Below, one piece after another: positions 1 through 9,845 of a stretch of 64,000 nucleotides of DNA (position 1 is the stretch's first letter; each line of letters starts with the position of its first letter). This stretch comes from Candidatus Eiseniibacteriota bacterium. GTDB taxonomy: Bacteria > Eisenbacteria > RBG-16-71-46. The DNA lies in NCBI GenBank assembly GCA_963725865.1, contig CAVSAC010000014.1, forward strand, positions 256,001 to 320,000, given 5' to 3'. The translations under genes were made by a program, and so were the position numbers. Under the pieces are notes generated by a model. That model did not search any database and was not told the DNA's origin. It saw only the letters and a list, made by a program, of their open reading frames with translations.

Positions 1-1855
1 CCTCCTCGCCGGGATCCCGCCAGGCGGCACTCCGCAGCCCGAACAGCAGGCCGTGCATGAGGCGCTGGACCTCGCGCTCGGAGGCCAGGCCGGTGACGGC
101 GTCCACTCCCTCGCGCCGCACCACCAGGGCCGAGAGGGAGCCTCCGTGCAGCAGGTAGTCGACGAGCACCGTGCCGGGAGGCAGCACGCGGCACAGCGCG
201 CGCGCGGTCACGCCACCCGACAACGGGCGATCGAGCAGCCGGCTCCCACGGATCGCGAGCGCGGGCGCCGCCAACGCCGGCGCCGACCCGGTGCGGGTCG
301 AGCGCTCGCGGTCGCGCGCCAGCCGCGAGGCCGCCCAGGCGCGGGCGGCAGGCGGCAACGCCGCGCGGGCGGACGGGCTGGCGAGCGCTCGACCGCGACC
401 GCGCTCGAGCGCCTCGAGCGCCGCCGCGAAGTCGCCGGCCTCCATCTCGAGCGTGGCCAGCTCCTGGTGGGGCCATCCCCAGTCACCCCAGAACGTGGCG
501 CGCCACTGTTCGTCGAGGATGCGCGCGGCCAGCCGCTCGGACTCGCGCGCGGCGCGTGCCAACCACCGGCGGGCGGCGGCACGATCGCCGCGCGAGCGCG
601 CGAGCGCCGCCGCCGCCGCCCACGCCAGGTGCCGCACGCGCGGCGAGGCCCGCCGACCGAGGCGCGGCCGGAGGCGCGCGAGGGTCCGGCGCGCCGACTC
701 GGTGCGCCCGCAGGCCAGCTGGGCACGCGCCAGCAGCGCGAGGGCGCCGCCCTCGCGCTCGCGATCGCCCGCGGCCGCGAACCGCCGGGCGGCGGCGGCG
801 AGCAGCGCGCGCGCCGCGCGCGGCGTGCCTTCGCTCCACCAGACGGTCGCGAGGCCCACCAGCACCTCTCCCATCCAGACCCGGTTGCCCTCCGCATGGA
901 ACCCGGCCAGCGTGTGCTCGAGCCGCGCCCGCGCGGCCGCCGGGCGCCCGAGGCGGAACTCCGCGAGCGCCGCGAAGGTCTCGGCCTTGGCGCGCTCGTA
1001 CCCCATGCCGAGCGTGGCGAACGCGTCCATCGCGCGGCGCGCCTCGTCGAGCGCGTCGTGCGGCGCGTTCAATCGCAGCAGGATCTCGGCCGAATCGAGC
1101 GAGGTCAGCGCCTGCAGCGCCGGCGCGCCGCGCGTGGCGGCCTCCTCGCGCACCGCCGCGAGTCCGCTGAGCGCGCGCTCGTGACGGTGCTCGAGGAAGT
1201 CGAGGTACGCGAGGTTGTAGCCGGCGCCCAGCGCGTCGACCGCGAAGCCGTTCGCCGCCAGCGTCCGCTGGGCGCGCACGTACGAGGCGCGTGACTCCTT
1301 GAGCCGACCGACCAGCGACAGGCAATTCGCGAGGTTGCCCTCGATCATCGCCGCGCCGCGCGCGTCGCCGGCGTGCGCGAGCGTCCGGTGCGCACGGCGA
1401 TAGACCGGCAGGGCGAGGTCGGGGCGGTCGAGCCGATGCAGCAGGTTGCCCTCGTTGTTCAGCAGGCGCGCGCACGCGGCGCGGTCGCCGGCACGCTCCA
1501 GCGCGGCACGGCCGCGGGCGGCGGCGCGGCGGGCGGCGCGGTAGCGACCCAGGTACATGAGTGCGTCGACGAGCCCGATGGCGCAGCGGCCGCGCTCGCG
1601 GGTCTGCCGCGCCCGCGCGAACCAGCGCTCGGCCCTCAGGTAGGCGTCGACCGCCCCGGCCGCCCGCCGCTGCGCCCGCAGCACGTGGCCGCGCAGCCGC
1701 CACAGCTCGCCGCGGGCCGCGGGACTGGCGCCGGCGACCGCGCGCGCGAACCCGCGCGCCAGCGTGCGCGTGGCGCGTCCGAGGTCGGAGCGGCGCTGAT
1801 CCTCGACCCGCGCGATGAGCGCGCGCGCCGCGGCATCGGGGAGCCGGTCGGTCAT
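1..1855 (-). CDS. TPR-repeat protein, probably TPR-CHAT (caspase-like) family; 3' end runs off the window
   Basis: Absent from the ORF track because it has no stop in the window. Hand-translated segments from ATG 1855, all in one frame: MTDRLPDAAARALIARVE..., TPR-like RGAAMIEGNLANCLSLVGRL and GYNLAYLDFLE, and PGTVLVDYLLHG near the window edge, typical of the segment before CHAT domains. Starts 4 nt after the anti-sigma stop. Catalytic CHAT motifs are not visible. Confidence 0.65.
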   Translation of the reverse strand, partial: MTDRLPDAAARALIARVEDQRRSDLGRATRTLARGFARAVAGASPAARGELWRLRGHVLRAQRRAAGAVDAYLRAERWFARARQTRERGRCAIGLVDALMYLGRYRAARRAAARGRAALERAGDRAACARLLNNEGNLLHRLDRPDLALPVYRRAHRTLAHAGDARGAAMIEGNLANCLSLVGRLKESRASYVRAQRTLAANGFAVDALGAGYNLAYLDFLEHRHERALSGLAAVREEAATRGAPALQALTSLDSAEILLRLNAPHDALDEARRAMDAFATLGMGYERAKAETFAALAEFRLGRPAAARARLEHTLAGFHAEGNRVWMGEVLVGLATVWWSEGTPRAARALLAAAARRFAAAGDREREGGALALLARAQLACGRTESARRTLARLRPRLGRRASPRVRHLAWAAAAALARSRGDRAAARRWLARAARESERLAARILDEQWRATFWGDWGWPHQELATLEMEAGDFAAALEALERGRGRALASPSARAALPPAARAWAASRLARDRERSTRTGSAPALAAPALAIRGSRLLDRPLSGGVTARALCRVLPPGTVLVDYLLHGGSLSALVVRREGVDAVTGLASEREVQRLMHGLLFGLRSAAWRDPGEE

Positions 1856-1859
1856 GGAG

Positions 1860-2483
1860 TCAGAGCGTGACCGGCGGGATGCGGAAGCGTCCCGTGGGCC
1901 CCGTCACCGCGATCACCAGGCGTCCGGCGGCGAGCCCCTCGAGCGCGAAGCGGCCCGTGCCGTCGGGCCAGACCACGTGGTGCTCGCCGCCGTTCGTGAG
2001 TTCGATGCGGTGCAGGGCCGGCTCCTCGAGCACGAGCTGGCCGCGCAGCGCGAAGGCGCGGGAGCCCTCCGGCTCCAGCTCGAGCTCGAGCGTGCCGGCA
2101 CCGAGCTCGAAGCGCAGGCGCCGCGCCTCGCCGACCGCGCGGCGCGCGGCGGCGGGCAGGGGCTGGCTCAGCGAGTCGAACACGAGGGCAGCGATGCGCG
2201 CCGCCAGCCTCCCGCTCCGCGACCGTACGGGTTGCGGAACGAACACCTCGAGCGCGCGCTGGTGCACCGCGGGCGGGACCTCGGGCACCCGATCGCCGCG
2301 CATGCGCTCGACCAAGAGTCCCGTCAGGCGGACCTGCTCGCGACACGTGGGACAGGGGGCGGCCAGGTGCTCCTCGACTTCGCGGGCCGCCGTCGGCGTG
2401 AGCCGGTCCTCGAGGAAGTCGAGGATGCGCGCGAGGTCGAGGTGCCGGCGGGGGCCGGTGGTGCGTCCCGTGGGCCTGCTCAT
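1860..2483 (-). CDS. Soluble zinc-finger (zf-HC2-like) anti-sigma factor with C-terminal beta-sandwich domain
   Basis: MSRPTG start overlaps the sigma stop; motif DFLEDRL..EEHLAAPCPTCRE; C-terminal DGTGRFALEGLAAGRLVIAV; no TM helix. Confidence 0.75.
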   Translation of the reverse strand: MSRPTGRTTGPRRHLDLARILDFLEDRLTPTAAREVEEHLAAPCPTCREQVRLTGLLVERMRGDRVPEVPPAVHQRALEVFVPQPVRSRSGRLAARIAALVFDSLSQPLPAAARRAVGEARRLRFELGAGTLELELEPEGSRAFALRGQLVLEEPALHRIELTNGGEHHVVWPDGTGRFALEGLAAGRLVIAVTGPTGRFRIPPVTL

Positions 2484-3193
2484 GTGTGGTCTCCCAGCGT
2501 GCGCCGCGGCGATCCGGCAGCACGCCGGCGGCGATCGGTGTCCGGGGAGGGGGATCCTCCACCAGCAGAGGTGGGCCGAGCAGGCCGCGTGATACCCGGT
2601 TCCTCGTCCGCCTCGAGCCGGGCCAGCACCTCGCGCATCTTCTGCAGGCAGCGGGCGCGGGTGGGACCCAGGGACCCGACCGGGACTCCCAGCCGCCGGG
2701 ACAGATCCGCGTACGCCGGAGCGGGGTCCTCGTAGTAGAGCGCGGTCAGCAGGTCCCGGCACCGCGCGCCGATCCCCGACAGGGCCAGCCGGATCAGGGC
2801 CTGCTGCTCGAGGGCCTCGAGATCCTGGCCGATCTCCGGGTCGCCCGCGGCCAGCCGATTCACCGCGTCCGGGTCGTCGGACTGCGAGAGCGCCTGAACC
2901 CGTCGCGAGCGGAGCGCGGCGGCGCGCGCCACCCGTTCGGTGGTGGTGGCCAGCCAGCGCACCAGCGCCCGGCCGTCGCGCATGCGCGGCAGGCTCTTCA
3001 CCAGGGCGGCGAACACCTCCTGGAAGACGTCGCCCAGGTCTTCCTCGCCCAGCCGCCAGCTGCGGCCTACGGCGTACACCAGACGTTCGTGCCGGCGGAC
3101 CAGCGCCTCCCAGGCGCGGGCGTCGCCCGCCAGGCAGCGCTGGACCAGCCTCCGGTCCGCTTCGGGATCGAGACGCACGGAAGGTGACGGCAC
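2480..3193 (-). CDS. ECF-type sigma-70 factor (start uncertain)
   Basis: DRRLVQRCLAGDARAWEALVRRH, DVFQEVF (region 2), YADLSRRLGVPVGSLGPTRARCLQKMR (region 4). Confidence 0.9.
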   Translation of the reverse strand: MPSPSVRLDPEADRRLVQRCLAGDARAWEALVRRHERLVYAVGRSWRLGEEDLGDVFQEVFAALVKSLPRMRDGRALVRWLATTTERVARAAALRSRRVQALSQSDDPDAVNRLAAGDPEIGQDLEALEQQALIRLALSGIGARCRDLLTALYYEDPAPAYADLSRRLGVPVGSLGPTRARCLQKMREVLARLEADEEPGITRPARPTSAGGGSPSPDTDRRRRAAGSPRRTLGDHT

Positions 3194-3342
3194 GGGTGGC
3201 AGTCTAGCACGGCGGAACTCGCCCCTTCGGACGCGCAGGCCGGCGCGCAAAGTCGGGCGCACCGGAGCCGTCGGGCCATGTATCAGACCGATCACGGCCC
3301 CCACCTCTGACATCGGACCCTGGCTGCTTCGGAGGATGGTCG

Positions 3343-4458
3343 ATGGATGTTGCTCTGCTCTGTCTCGATCCATGGACGACGCTCGACGGGAGCGATGGGT
3401 GCGCCATCCAGCTCCGCGCACTCGCCGCCGCCCTCAGCCGCGCCGGGCACCACGTGCGCGCGCTCACGACCGCGCCTGTCCGGGTTCGCGAATGCCTCGA
3501 CGCCGACGTGGAGACCCTCGCTCCCGGGTCCGTGGACGCCGCCGCCGTCGCCGACATGCTGGGGCGCTCGCACGCGGACCTGGTGCTGGAGCCACTGCGC
3601 CGACCGACTTCCCAGGGCGCGCTCGCGGCCGATCGGGCGGGCGTGCCGCACGTCTATCTCATCGAGCGTCCCCGCGAGAGCGGCGGCGTCACCCCGTGGG
3701 CGAGCGGCATGGACATGACCGACGCGTTCGCCGCCAGCCGCGGTGCGATCGCGTTCTCCGGCGAGGCCGCGCGCTGGGTGCGCGAGCGGGCGCCCCGCCA
3801 CTACCCGGTACGCGTCACCAACTGCGGTGTCGATCGCACGCTGTTCGAGCCGGTCGGCGAGGCGGCCCTCCATCGCGCGGCTGCGGTGCTGCGCCCCTGG
3901 GAGGGTCTGCGCGTGGGCTTCGCCGGCGCGCTGGAATCCGACCACGATCTGGAGATCCTCGTGCGCGCGCTGGGACGGACCCGGATCGCCGCCCCGACCC
4001 AGCTTGCGCTGATCGGCGACGGCCCGCTGCGCAATCGACTCATCGCGCTCGCGCACGAGCAGCGGGTGAGCATCGCCATGCTGGGCGCGGTGCCGCACTC
4101 GGAGGTGCCCGCGTATCTGGGGCGCTGCGATGTCGTCGCGGTGCCGTGCGCGACACGCGACGGCTGCGATTCACCGCTCAAGCTCATCGAGGCGATGGCG
4201 ATCGGGCGCGCGCTGGTGGCGAGCGCGACCGAGCAGGCCCGGCACCACGTGCGCGATGGATACGACGGGCTGCTGGTGCCAGTCGGCGACGAGGTCGCGC
4301 TCGCCAGCGTGCTGCTGCGGCTGGTCCGCACCCCCCAGCTGCGCGAGCGGCTGGGCGCCAACGCATTCCAGTCCGCGCGCCGGCGCCGTAGCTGGGACGA
4401 CGTGGCCGGCGACATCCTCCAGTTCGGGCTCGCCTGCGCGGAGCGCGTCGTCGACTGA
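3343..4458 (+). CDS. Glycosyltransferase family 4
   Basis: CGVD, VGFAGAL, LIGDGPLR, LGAVPHSEVP, SPLKLIEAMAIG, DGYDGLLVP motifs. Confidence 0.85.
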   Translation: MDVALLCLDPWTTLDGSDGCAIQLRALAAALSRAGHHVRALTTAPVRVRECLDADVETLAPGSVDAAAVADMLGRSHADLVLEPLRRPTSQGALAADRAGVPHVYLIERPRESGGVTPWASGMDMTDAFAASRGAIAFSGEAARWVRERAPRHYPVRVTNCGVDRTLFEPVGEAALHRAAAVLRPWEGLRVGFAGALESDHDLEILVRALGRTRIAAPTQLALIGDGPLRNRLIALAHEQRVSIAMLGAVPHSEVPAYLGRCDVVAVPCATRDGCDSPLKLIEAMAIGRALVASATEQARHHVRDGYDGLLVPVGDEVALASVLLRLVRTPQLRERLGANAFQSARRRRSWDDVAGDILQFGLACAERVVD

Positions 4459-4591
4459 GCCGCGATCGGCGGCCTCCGCGTTCCCCACGGCGCCAGCGCT
4501 GCCGAATGCCGCGGCAGAGCCCGATGGTCGTGGGTCAGTCCGAGATCGTTCGCTGCGCGGGACGCCGGCCCCCGGAGCTGGTTGACCCGCG

Positions 4592-5641
4592 TCAGGCCTT
4601 GCTGCTCTCGCCGGGCCGCACGGTGCCCGCCAGGACGTCCGCGTGGAACGACGAGCGCACCAGCGGCCCACTCGCCACGTGCGGGATGCCGCGCGACTCG
4701 GCCTGCTCGGCGTACCACTGGAAGACCTCGGGATGCACGTACTCGACCACCGGGAGGTGGTCGGACGAGGGCCGCAGGTACTGGCCGATCGTGAGCAGAT
4801 CGCAGCCGTGCGCCGCGAGGTCGTCGAACGCCTGCAGCATCTCGTCCCGCGTCTCCCCGAGACCCACCATCAGCCCGGACTTCGCCTTGATCCCGTGGCC
4901 GTACGCGCGCACCCGCTGGAGCACTTCGAGCGAGCGAGCGTAGCGGGCGCTCGGGCGCACCACCGGGTGCAGGCGCTCGACGGTCTCGAGGTTGTGGTTG
5001 AGTACTTCGGGCCCGGCGTCGAGCACGCGCTGCAGGTCCTCGGCGCGCCCGCGGAAGTCGGGAACGAGCACCTCGATCACGGTGCGCGAGCGCTCGCGGA
5101 TCGCCCGGATGGTCTGCGCGAAGATGATGCTCCCGCCGTCGGCGAGATCGTCCCGCGCCACCGAAGTGATGACGGTGTGACGGAGGTTCATTGCCTCGAC
5201 CGCCTCGGCGACCCGCCGGGGCTCGTCCCAGTCCACGAAGCCGTTGGGCTTGCCGGGCGCGACCGCGCAGAAGCCGCAGCGGCGCGTGCACAGCTCGCCC
5301 AGGATCATGATGGTGGCGGTCCCGCGCTCCCAGCAGTGACCGAGGTTCGGGCAGCGCGCCTCCTCGCACACCGTCACCAGCCGCTTGTCGCGCAGCATGC
5401 TCTTGGTGCTCGCGTACTCACCGTGACCCGGCAGCTTGACCTTGAGCCACGACGGCAGCCGCCGGAACTCCCCGGGGGCGACCGCGCCGGCGCCCGAGGC
5501 ACAGCCGCGCGTACGCGGGGTGCGCGGCAGGCGCACCGGAACCGCCGGACGCGGGGCGCCCAGCACCTTCAGCTCGGCCGGCCCCGCGGGGGAGGTCGGT
5601 TCGGTCGCGGGGGCGCCGGGCATGCGCGGATCGTCGGTCAT
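4592..5641 (-). CDS. lipA: Lipoyl synthase
   Basis: LPSWLK, TVCEEARCPNLGHCW, CTRRCGFC (radical SAM), NHNLETV, GPLVRSSF. Confidence 0.97.
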   Translation of the reverse strand: MTDDPRMPGAPATEPTSPAGPAELKVLGAPRPAVPVRLPRTPRTRGCASGAGAVAPGEFRRLPSWLKVKLPGHGEYASTKSMLRDKRLVTVCEEARCPNLGHCWERGTATIMILGELCTRRCGFCAVAPGKPNGFVDWDEPRRVAEAVEAMNLRHTVITSVARDDLADGGSIIFAQTIRAIRERSRTVIEVLVPDFRGRAEDLQRVLDAGPEVLNHNLETVERLHPVVRPSARYARSLEVLQRVRAYGHGIKAKSGLMVGLGETRDEMLQAFDDLAAHGCDLLTIGQYLRPSSDHLPVVEYVHPEVFQWYAEQAESRGIPHVASGPLVRSSFHADVLAGTVRPGESSKA

Positions 5642-5642
5642 T

Positions 5643-6794
5643 TCAGTCGCGGCCCATGGCGTGACGGGCGACCTCGCCCGTGCCTTTCAGCGCGAGCATC
5701 CGGTCGAGCGCCACGCGCGCCCCCGCGCGCACGTCGTCGGGGACGCGCACCGGGTTCACGACGTGACCGTCCGCCAGGTTCTCGAGCGTCCACAGCAGGT
5801 GCGCCGGATCGATGCGGTTCATGGTCGCGCACGGGCACACGTTCTTCTGGAGCGAGTGGATCTGCTGATCGGGATGCGCGAGCGCCAGGCGGTGGACCAG
5901 GTGGATCTCGGTGCCGATCGCCCAGTGCGTGCCGGCGGGCGCGCGCTCGACCTGCTGGATGATGTACTCCGTGGACCCGACTCGATCGGCGCCCTGCACC
6001 ACCTCGAACGTGCACTCCGGATGCACCAGCACCTGCACCGCGGGATCGGCCGCGCGCACCTCGTCGATCTGCGCCCGCGTGAACTTCGTGTGCACGGAGC
6101 AGAATCCCTTCCAGAGGATGATGCGGGTCGCCGGGCGCAGGCACGCGGCGTTCCCGCGCTCGGGCTCCTCCGCGCGCCAGTCCCATTCCGCCATCGCATC
6201 CAGCGGCACGCCCATCGCGTGCGCGGTGTTGCGCCCCAGGTGCTGGTCGGGGAAGAAGAAGACTCGCGCGCGGCGCGACCACGCCCACTCGAGCACCGCG
6301 CGTGCGTTGCTCGACGTGCAGACGACGCCGCCGTGCGTCCCGCAGAACGCCTTGAGCGCGGCGGTCGAGTTCATGTAAGTGACCGGCACGATCGTCTCGC
6401 CATGCGCCGCGCCGAGGCGCTCCCACGCCTCCTCCACGTCCTCGATGTCGGCCATGTCGGCCATCGAGCAGCCGGCCTTGAGGTCGGGCAGCACCACGGT
6501 CTGGTGCGCCTGACGCAGGATGTCGGCGGACTCCGCCATGAAATGCACGCCGCAGAACACGATGGTCTCCGCTTCGCCACGCTCGGCGGCCGCCTGCGCC
6601 AGCTTGAACGAGTCGCCGCGGAAATCGGCGAACTCGATGATGCTGTCCCGCTGATAGTGGTGCCCGAGGATGACCGTGCGCGCTCCCAGCGCGTGACGCG
6701 CCTCCCGCGTGCGCGCGCGAATCGCATCGGCCGCGAGGGCGGTGTAGTCGGCGAAAGGCCGGGCCGCTGGCGAGAGCGGAGCCGCGGTGCTCAT
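5643..6794 (-). CDS. nadA: Quinolinate synthase
   Basis: ILGHHYQ, GDSFKLA, FCGVHFMAE, AGCSMADMA, CTSSNA, FPDQHLGRN, HPEC, CPCATM. Confidence 0.96.
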   Translation of the reverse strand: MSTAAPLSPAARPFADYTALAADAIRARTREARHALGARTVILGHHYQRDSIIEFADFRGDSFKLAQAAAERGEAETIVFCGVHFMAESADILRQAHQTVVLPDLKAGCSMADMADIEDVEEAWERLGAAHGETIVPVTYMNSTAALKAFCGTHGGVVCTSSNARAVLEWAWSRRARVFFFPDQHLGRNTAHAMGVPLDAMAEWDWRAEEPERGNAACLRPATRIILWKGFCSVHTKFTRAQIDEVRAADPAVQVLVHPECTFEVVQGADRVGSTEYIIQQVERAPAGTHWAIGTEIHLVHRLALAHPDQQIHSLQKNVCPCATMNRIDPAHLLWTLENLADGHVVNPVRVPDDVRAGARVALDRMLALKGTGEVARHAMGRD

Positions 6795-6807
6795 GGGGTC
6801 GCCCGTC

Positions 6808-7254
6808 CTATTCGAGTTCGGTGCGATCGAGGGGCTGGCGCCCCGCGAAGCCGTCATCCAGGGTGTGCCAGTGCGTCACCGCGGACTCGCCGACCGCCCA
6901 GCACAGAAACACCAGCCGGTCGCCCTGCAGCGCGTAGAAGTCGAGCAGCCCGCGGTCGAGGTCCTTCACCAGGATGCCCTGGCGGTGGATCCGCGCCACG
7001 CCCTCCCCGATCCGCGCCGCGAGGCGGCGGCGACGCTCGGTGAGGCCGGCCAGCTCGAATGCATCAGGGTTCTCGGCGGAAGCCCCCGCCAGCGCGAGGC
7101 GCAGCGCCTCCATGCGCGTGTCCAGCCGATCGAGGTCGCGCTTGGCCGTGACCAGCGACTGCATGAGGGGCGCCAGCTCCTGCGCGAACTGGGACGCCTG
7201 ATCGGAGGTGAACAGCGTGATGCGCAGTCCCCCGATACGCGGGTCAGTGGCCAC
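6808..7254 (-). CDS. DUF2203-like protein
   Basis: Coiled helix followed by GILVKDLDRGLLDF..LVFLCW..GE..VTHWH...GFAGRQPL. Confidence 0.8.
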   Translation of the reverse strand: MATDPRIGGLRITLFTSDQASQFAQELAPLMQSLVTAKRDLDRLDTRMEALRLALAGASAENPDAFELAGLTERRRRLAARIGEGVARIHRQGILVKDLDRGLLDFYALQGDRLVFLCWAVGESAVTHWHTLDDGFAGRQPLDRTELE

Positions 7255-7621
7255 CGCAGCCGCACCCTCCGCCGGCCTGCTGCTGCTCGTCCTCCGACTG
7301 GAACGACTTGCCGCAGCCGCACGACTTCGCGTTGGGGTTCGAGATCGTGAATCCGCTGGCCTGGACGGTTTCGACGTAATCGATCGCCACGCCCGAGAGC
7401 AGCGACTGGCTATCCGCGTCGACCACCACCTTCACGCCGTCGAACTCTCCCACCCAGTCCCCCTCCTCGACCTTCTCGGCGAGGGACATGCCGTACTGGA
7501 AGCCGGAGCAGCCACCCGGATAGACGCTCAGCCGCAGTGCGACCACGTTCGAACCGTGCTCGCGCTGCTGCGAGAGGACTTCCTGGATCTTCTTGGTGGC
7601 GGCCTCGCTCACGGTCAGCAT
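7244..7621 (-). CDS. A-type iron-sulfur cluster carrier (HesB/IscA/ErpA family)
   Basis: GGCSGFQY, IDYVE, NPNAKSCGCGKSF; RBS AAGGAG upstream. Confidence 0.95.
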   Translation of the reverse strand: MLTVSEAATKKIQEVLSQQREHGSNVVALRLSVYPGGCSGFQYGMSLAEKVEEGDWVGEFDGVKVVVDADSQSLLSGVAIDYVETVQASGFTISNPNAKSCGCGKSFQSEDEQQQAGGGCGCGGH

Positions 7622-7636
7622 GCTGTCTCCTTGATG

Positions 7637-8386
7637 TCAGCGGGCCATGCCCGCGGGGTGGTCCGAGGTGTGGGCCAGGTGCACGCCAGCGGGCTCGCAG
7701 CCCGCCTCGCGCCACGCCCATTCGGCCGGAACCCATTCAGGCTCCGGGTGTTCCAGGATCGCGGCCAGCTCCAGCGCCGTCGCCCGCCGAACCTCCTCGA
7801 GCGCCGGGACGGCCCCCAGCCGCCGGGCCATCGACGTCATTCGGATGCCGTGAAGGCCGCAGGGATGGATCAGTTCGAATCCCTTCAGATCCGGGGCCAC
7901 GTTCAGAGCCACACCATGATAGCCCACCCACCGGCGCACAGCGACGCCGATGGAGGCGATCTTCTCGCCGCCCACCCACACGCCCGTGCGGCCCGCAACG
8001 CGCTCGCCGTTCAGGCCCCAGCGAGCCAGCACGCGGATGATCCCCTCCTCGAGGTCCCGCAGATAGCGATGCAGGTCCCGGTCGCGTCGCGCCAGGTCCA
8101 CGATGGGGTAGGCGACCAGCTGACCGGGGCCGTGCCAGGTGACGTCACCGCCACGCGCCACCTCGAACACCTCGATCCCCAGCGCGGACAGCGCGACCGC
8201 ATCGACGCGCAGGTTGCCCGGACTCGGATGCCGCCCCACCGTGAGCACCGGCGGATGATCCGGGAACAACAGCCAGTCCCCGGTCCGCCCGTTCGCCCGC
8301 GCCTGGACGAGGCCCTCCTGCAGCGAGAGCCCGTCGCGATAGGACGTGGGGCCCAGATGCGTCGCGAGGAGGGCCATTGCCGCCAC
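7637..8386 (-). CDS. lipB: Octanoyl (lipoyl) transferase
   Basis: HPPVLTVG, RGGDVTWHGPGQLVAYP, KIASIG, YHGVALNV, IHPCG. Confidence 0.96.
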   Translation of the reverse strand: MAAMALLATHLGPTSYRDGLSLQEGLVQARANGRTGDWLLFPDHPPVLTVGRHPSPGNLRVDAVALSALGIEVFEVARGGDVTWHGPGQLVAYPIVDLARRDRDLHRYLRDLEEGIIRVLARWGLNGERVAGRTGVWVGGEKIASIGVAVRRWVGYHGVALNVAPDLKGFELIHPCGLHGIRMTSMARRLGAVPALEEVRRATALELAAILEHPEPEWVPAEWAWREAGCEPAGVHLAHTSDHPAGMAR

Positions 8387-8389
8387 CGA

Positions 8390-9730
8390 TCAGACGTAGA
8401 ACCAGAGCAGCTCGGGCTTCTCGAGCAGCTCGCACACGCGCCGCAGGAACTTGACCGCCAGCTCGCCGTCGACCACGCGGTGATCGAATCCAATGCTCGC
8501 GTTCATCATCGGTCGCGCGACGATCTGGCCAGCGCGGATCACCGGCCGCTCGACGATCTTGTGCACGCCCAGGATCGCGACCTCGGGCACGTTGATGACG
8601 GGCGACGAGTTGACCGCGCCGTACACGCCCGCGTTCGTGATGCTGAACGTGCCGCCCTGGATGTCGTCCGGCTTGAGCCGGTCCGCGCGCGCCCGCGCCG
8701 CGAGATCGCCCACCTCGGCCGCGATCTGCGCCAGGTTCTTGCGGTCGCAGTCCTTGAGGTTCGGGACGATCAGTCCCTTGTCGTCGCGACCCACCGCGAT
8801 GCCGATGTTGTAGTAGTGCTTCACCACCATCGAGTCGCCGCGCACCTCGCCGTTGACCCACGGGTACTCGCGGAGCGCCAGCACCGCGGCCTTGATGAAG
8901 AACGGCATGTAGGTCAGCTTGACGCCCTGGGCCTCGAGGCGCGGTCCCCACTCGTGCTTGAGCGCCACGATCGCGCTCATGTCGGCCTCGTCGAAGCAAT
9001 GGGTGTGCGCCGCGGTGTGCTTGGCCTTCACCATGTTCTCGGCGATCAGCTTGCGGACCTTGCTGAACGGCAGGACTTCCTCGCGCGGTCCGCCCGCCGA
9101 GACGCCGACCCGGCCGGCGAGGAAGCCCGGCGGTGGCGCGGCGGCAGCCGCCGGTGCCGCGCCGCGCGGCGCGGCGGACACCGCCGGAGCCGCACCGCGA
9201 TCCTGCAGGTAGGCGATCAGATCGTCGCGCGTCACGCGCCCCGCGAGGCCGCTGCCGCGGATGCTCGAGAGCTCGGCAGCGCTGACGTTCTGCTCCCGCA
9301 TCAGCTTGCGCACCGCGGGTGAGAGGTTGCGCGGCTCGTCCGCCTCACCCCCGTTGGAGCCCACGTGGGCGGGGGCGGTGGCGACGGCGACGGGCGCCGA
9401 AGTGGAACCACTCGCGAACGCCCGCGCGGGCGCGGCGACGGCCGCGGATGTCGATGCGGCGGGTGGCGCGGCGGCGGCGACCGCCGGGGCGCCGGCTCCG
9501 GACAGCCGTCCGATCTCGGTCCCCACCAGCACCGTGGTGCCCTCCGGCACCACGATGGCCTCCAGCACGCCCTCGGCAGGCGACGGGATCTCGACGTTGA
9601 TCTTGTCGGTCTGGATCTCGACCAGCGGCTCTTCCTTGCGCACGCGGTCTCCGACCTGCTTCAGCCACTTCGAGACCGTCCCTTCCGCGACGCTCTCGCC
9701 GAGCTGGGGCACCACGATCGAGATGGGCAT
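8390..9730 (-). CDS. 2-oxoacid dehydrogenase E2 (dihydrolipoamide acyltransferase)
   Basis: Lipoyl domain PQLGESVAEG..QTDKIN; E3-binding SPAVRKL..GSGLAGRVTRDD; catalytic GGTFSITN and FDHRVVDG. Confidence 0.95.
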   Translation of the reverse strand: MPISIVVPQLGESVAEGTVSKWLKQVGDRVRKEEPLVEIQTDKINVEIPSPAEGVLEAIVVPEGTTVLVGTEIGRLSGAGAPAVAAAAPPAASTSAAVAAPARAFASGSTSAPVAVATAPAHVGSNGGEADEPRNLSPAVRKLMREQNVSAAELSSIRGSGLAGRVTRDDLIAYLQDRGAAPAVSAAPRGAAPAAAAAPPPGFLAGRVGVSAGGPREEVLPFSKVRKLIAENMVKAKHTAAHTHCFDEADMSAIVALKHEWGPRLEAQGVKLTYMPFFIKAAVLALREYPWVNGEVRGDSMVVKHYYNIGIAVGRDDKGLIVPNLKDCDRKNLAQIAAEVGDLAARARADRLKPDDIQGGTFSITNAGVYGAVNSSPVINVPEVAILGVHKIVERPVIRAGQIVARPMMNASIGFDHRVVDGELAVKFLRRVCELLEKPELLWFYV

Positions 9731-9845
9731 GGCTATCCTCCGTGAAAGCCCGCGGCGCGCGGGCGACGAGACGACGCGGTGGGCGGGGCGCCGGGCGCGG
9801 ACATCGCGGCGCGGGCGGTTCGGATGGGTCGATGCGCGGAGCGCA

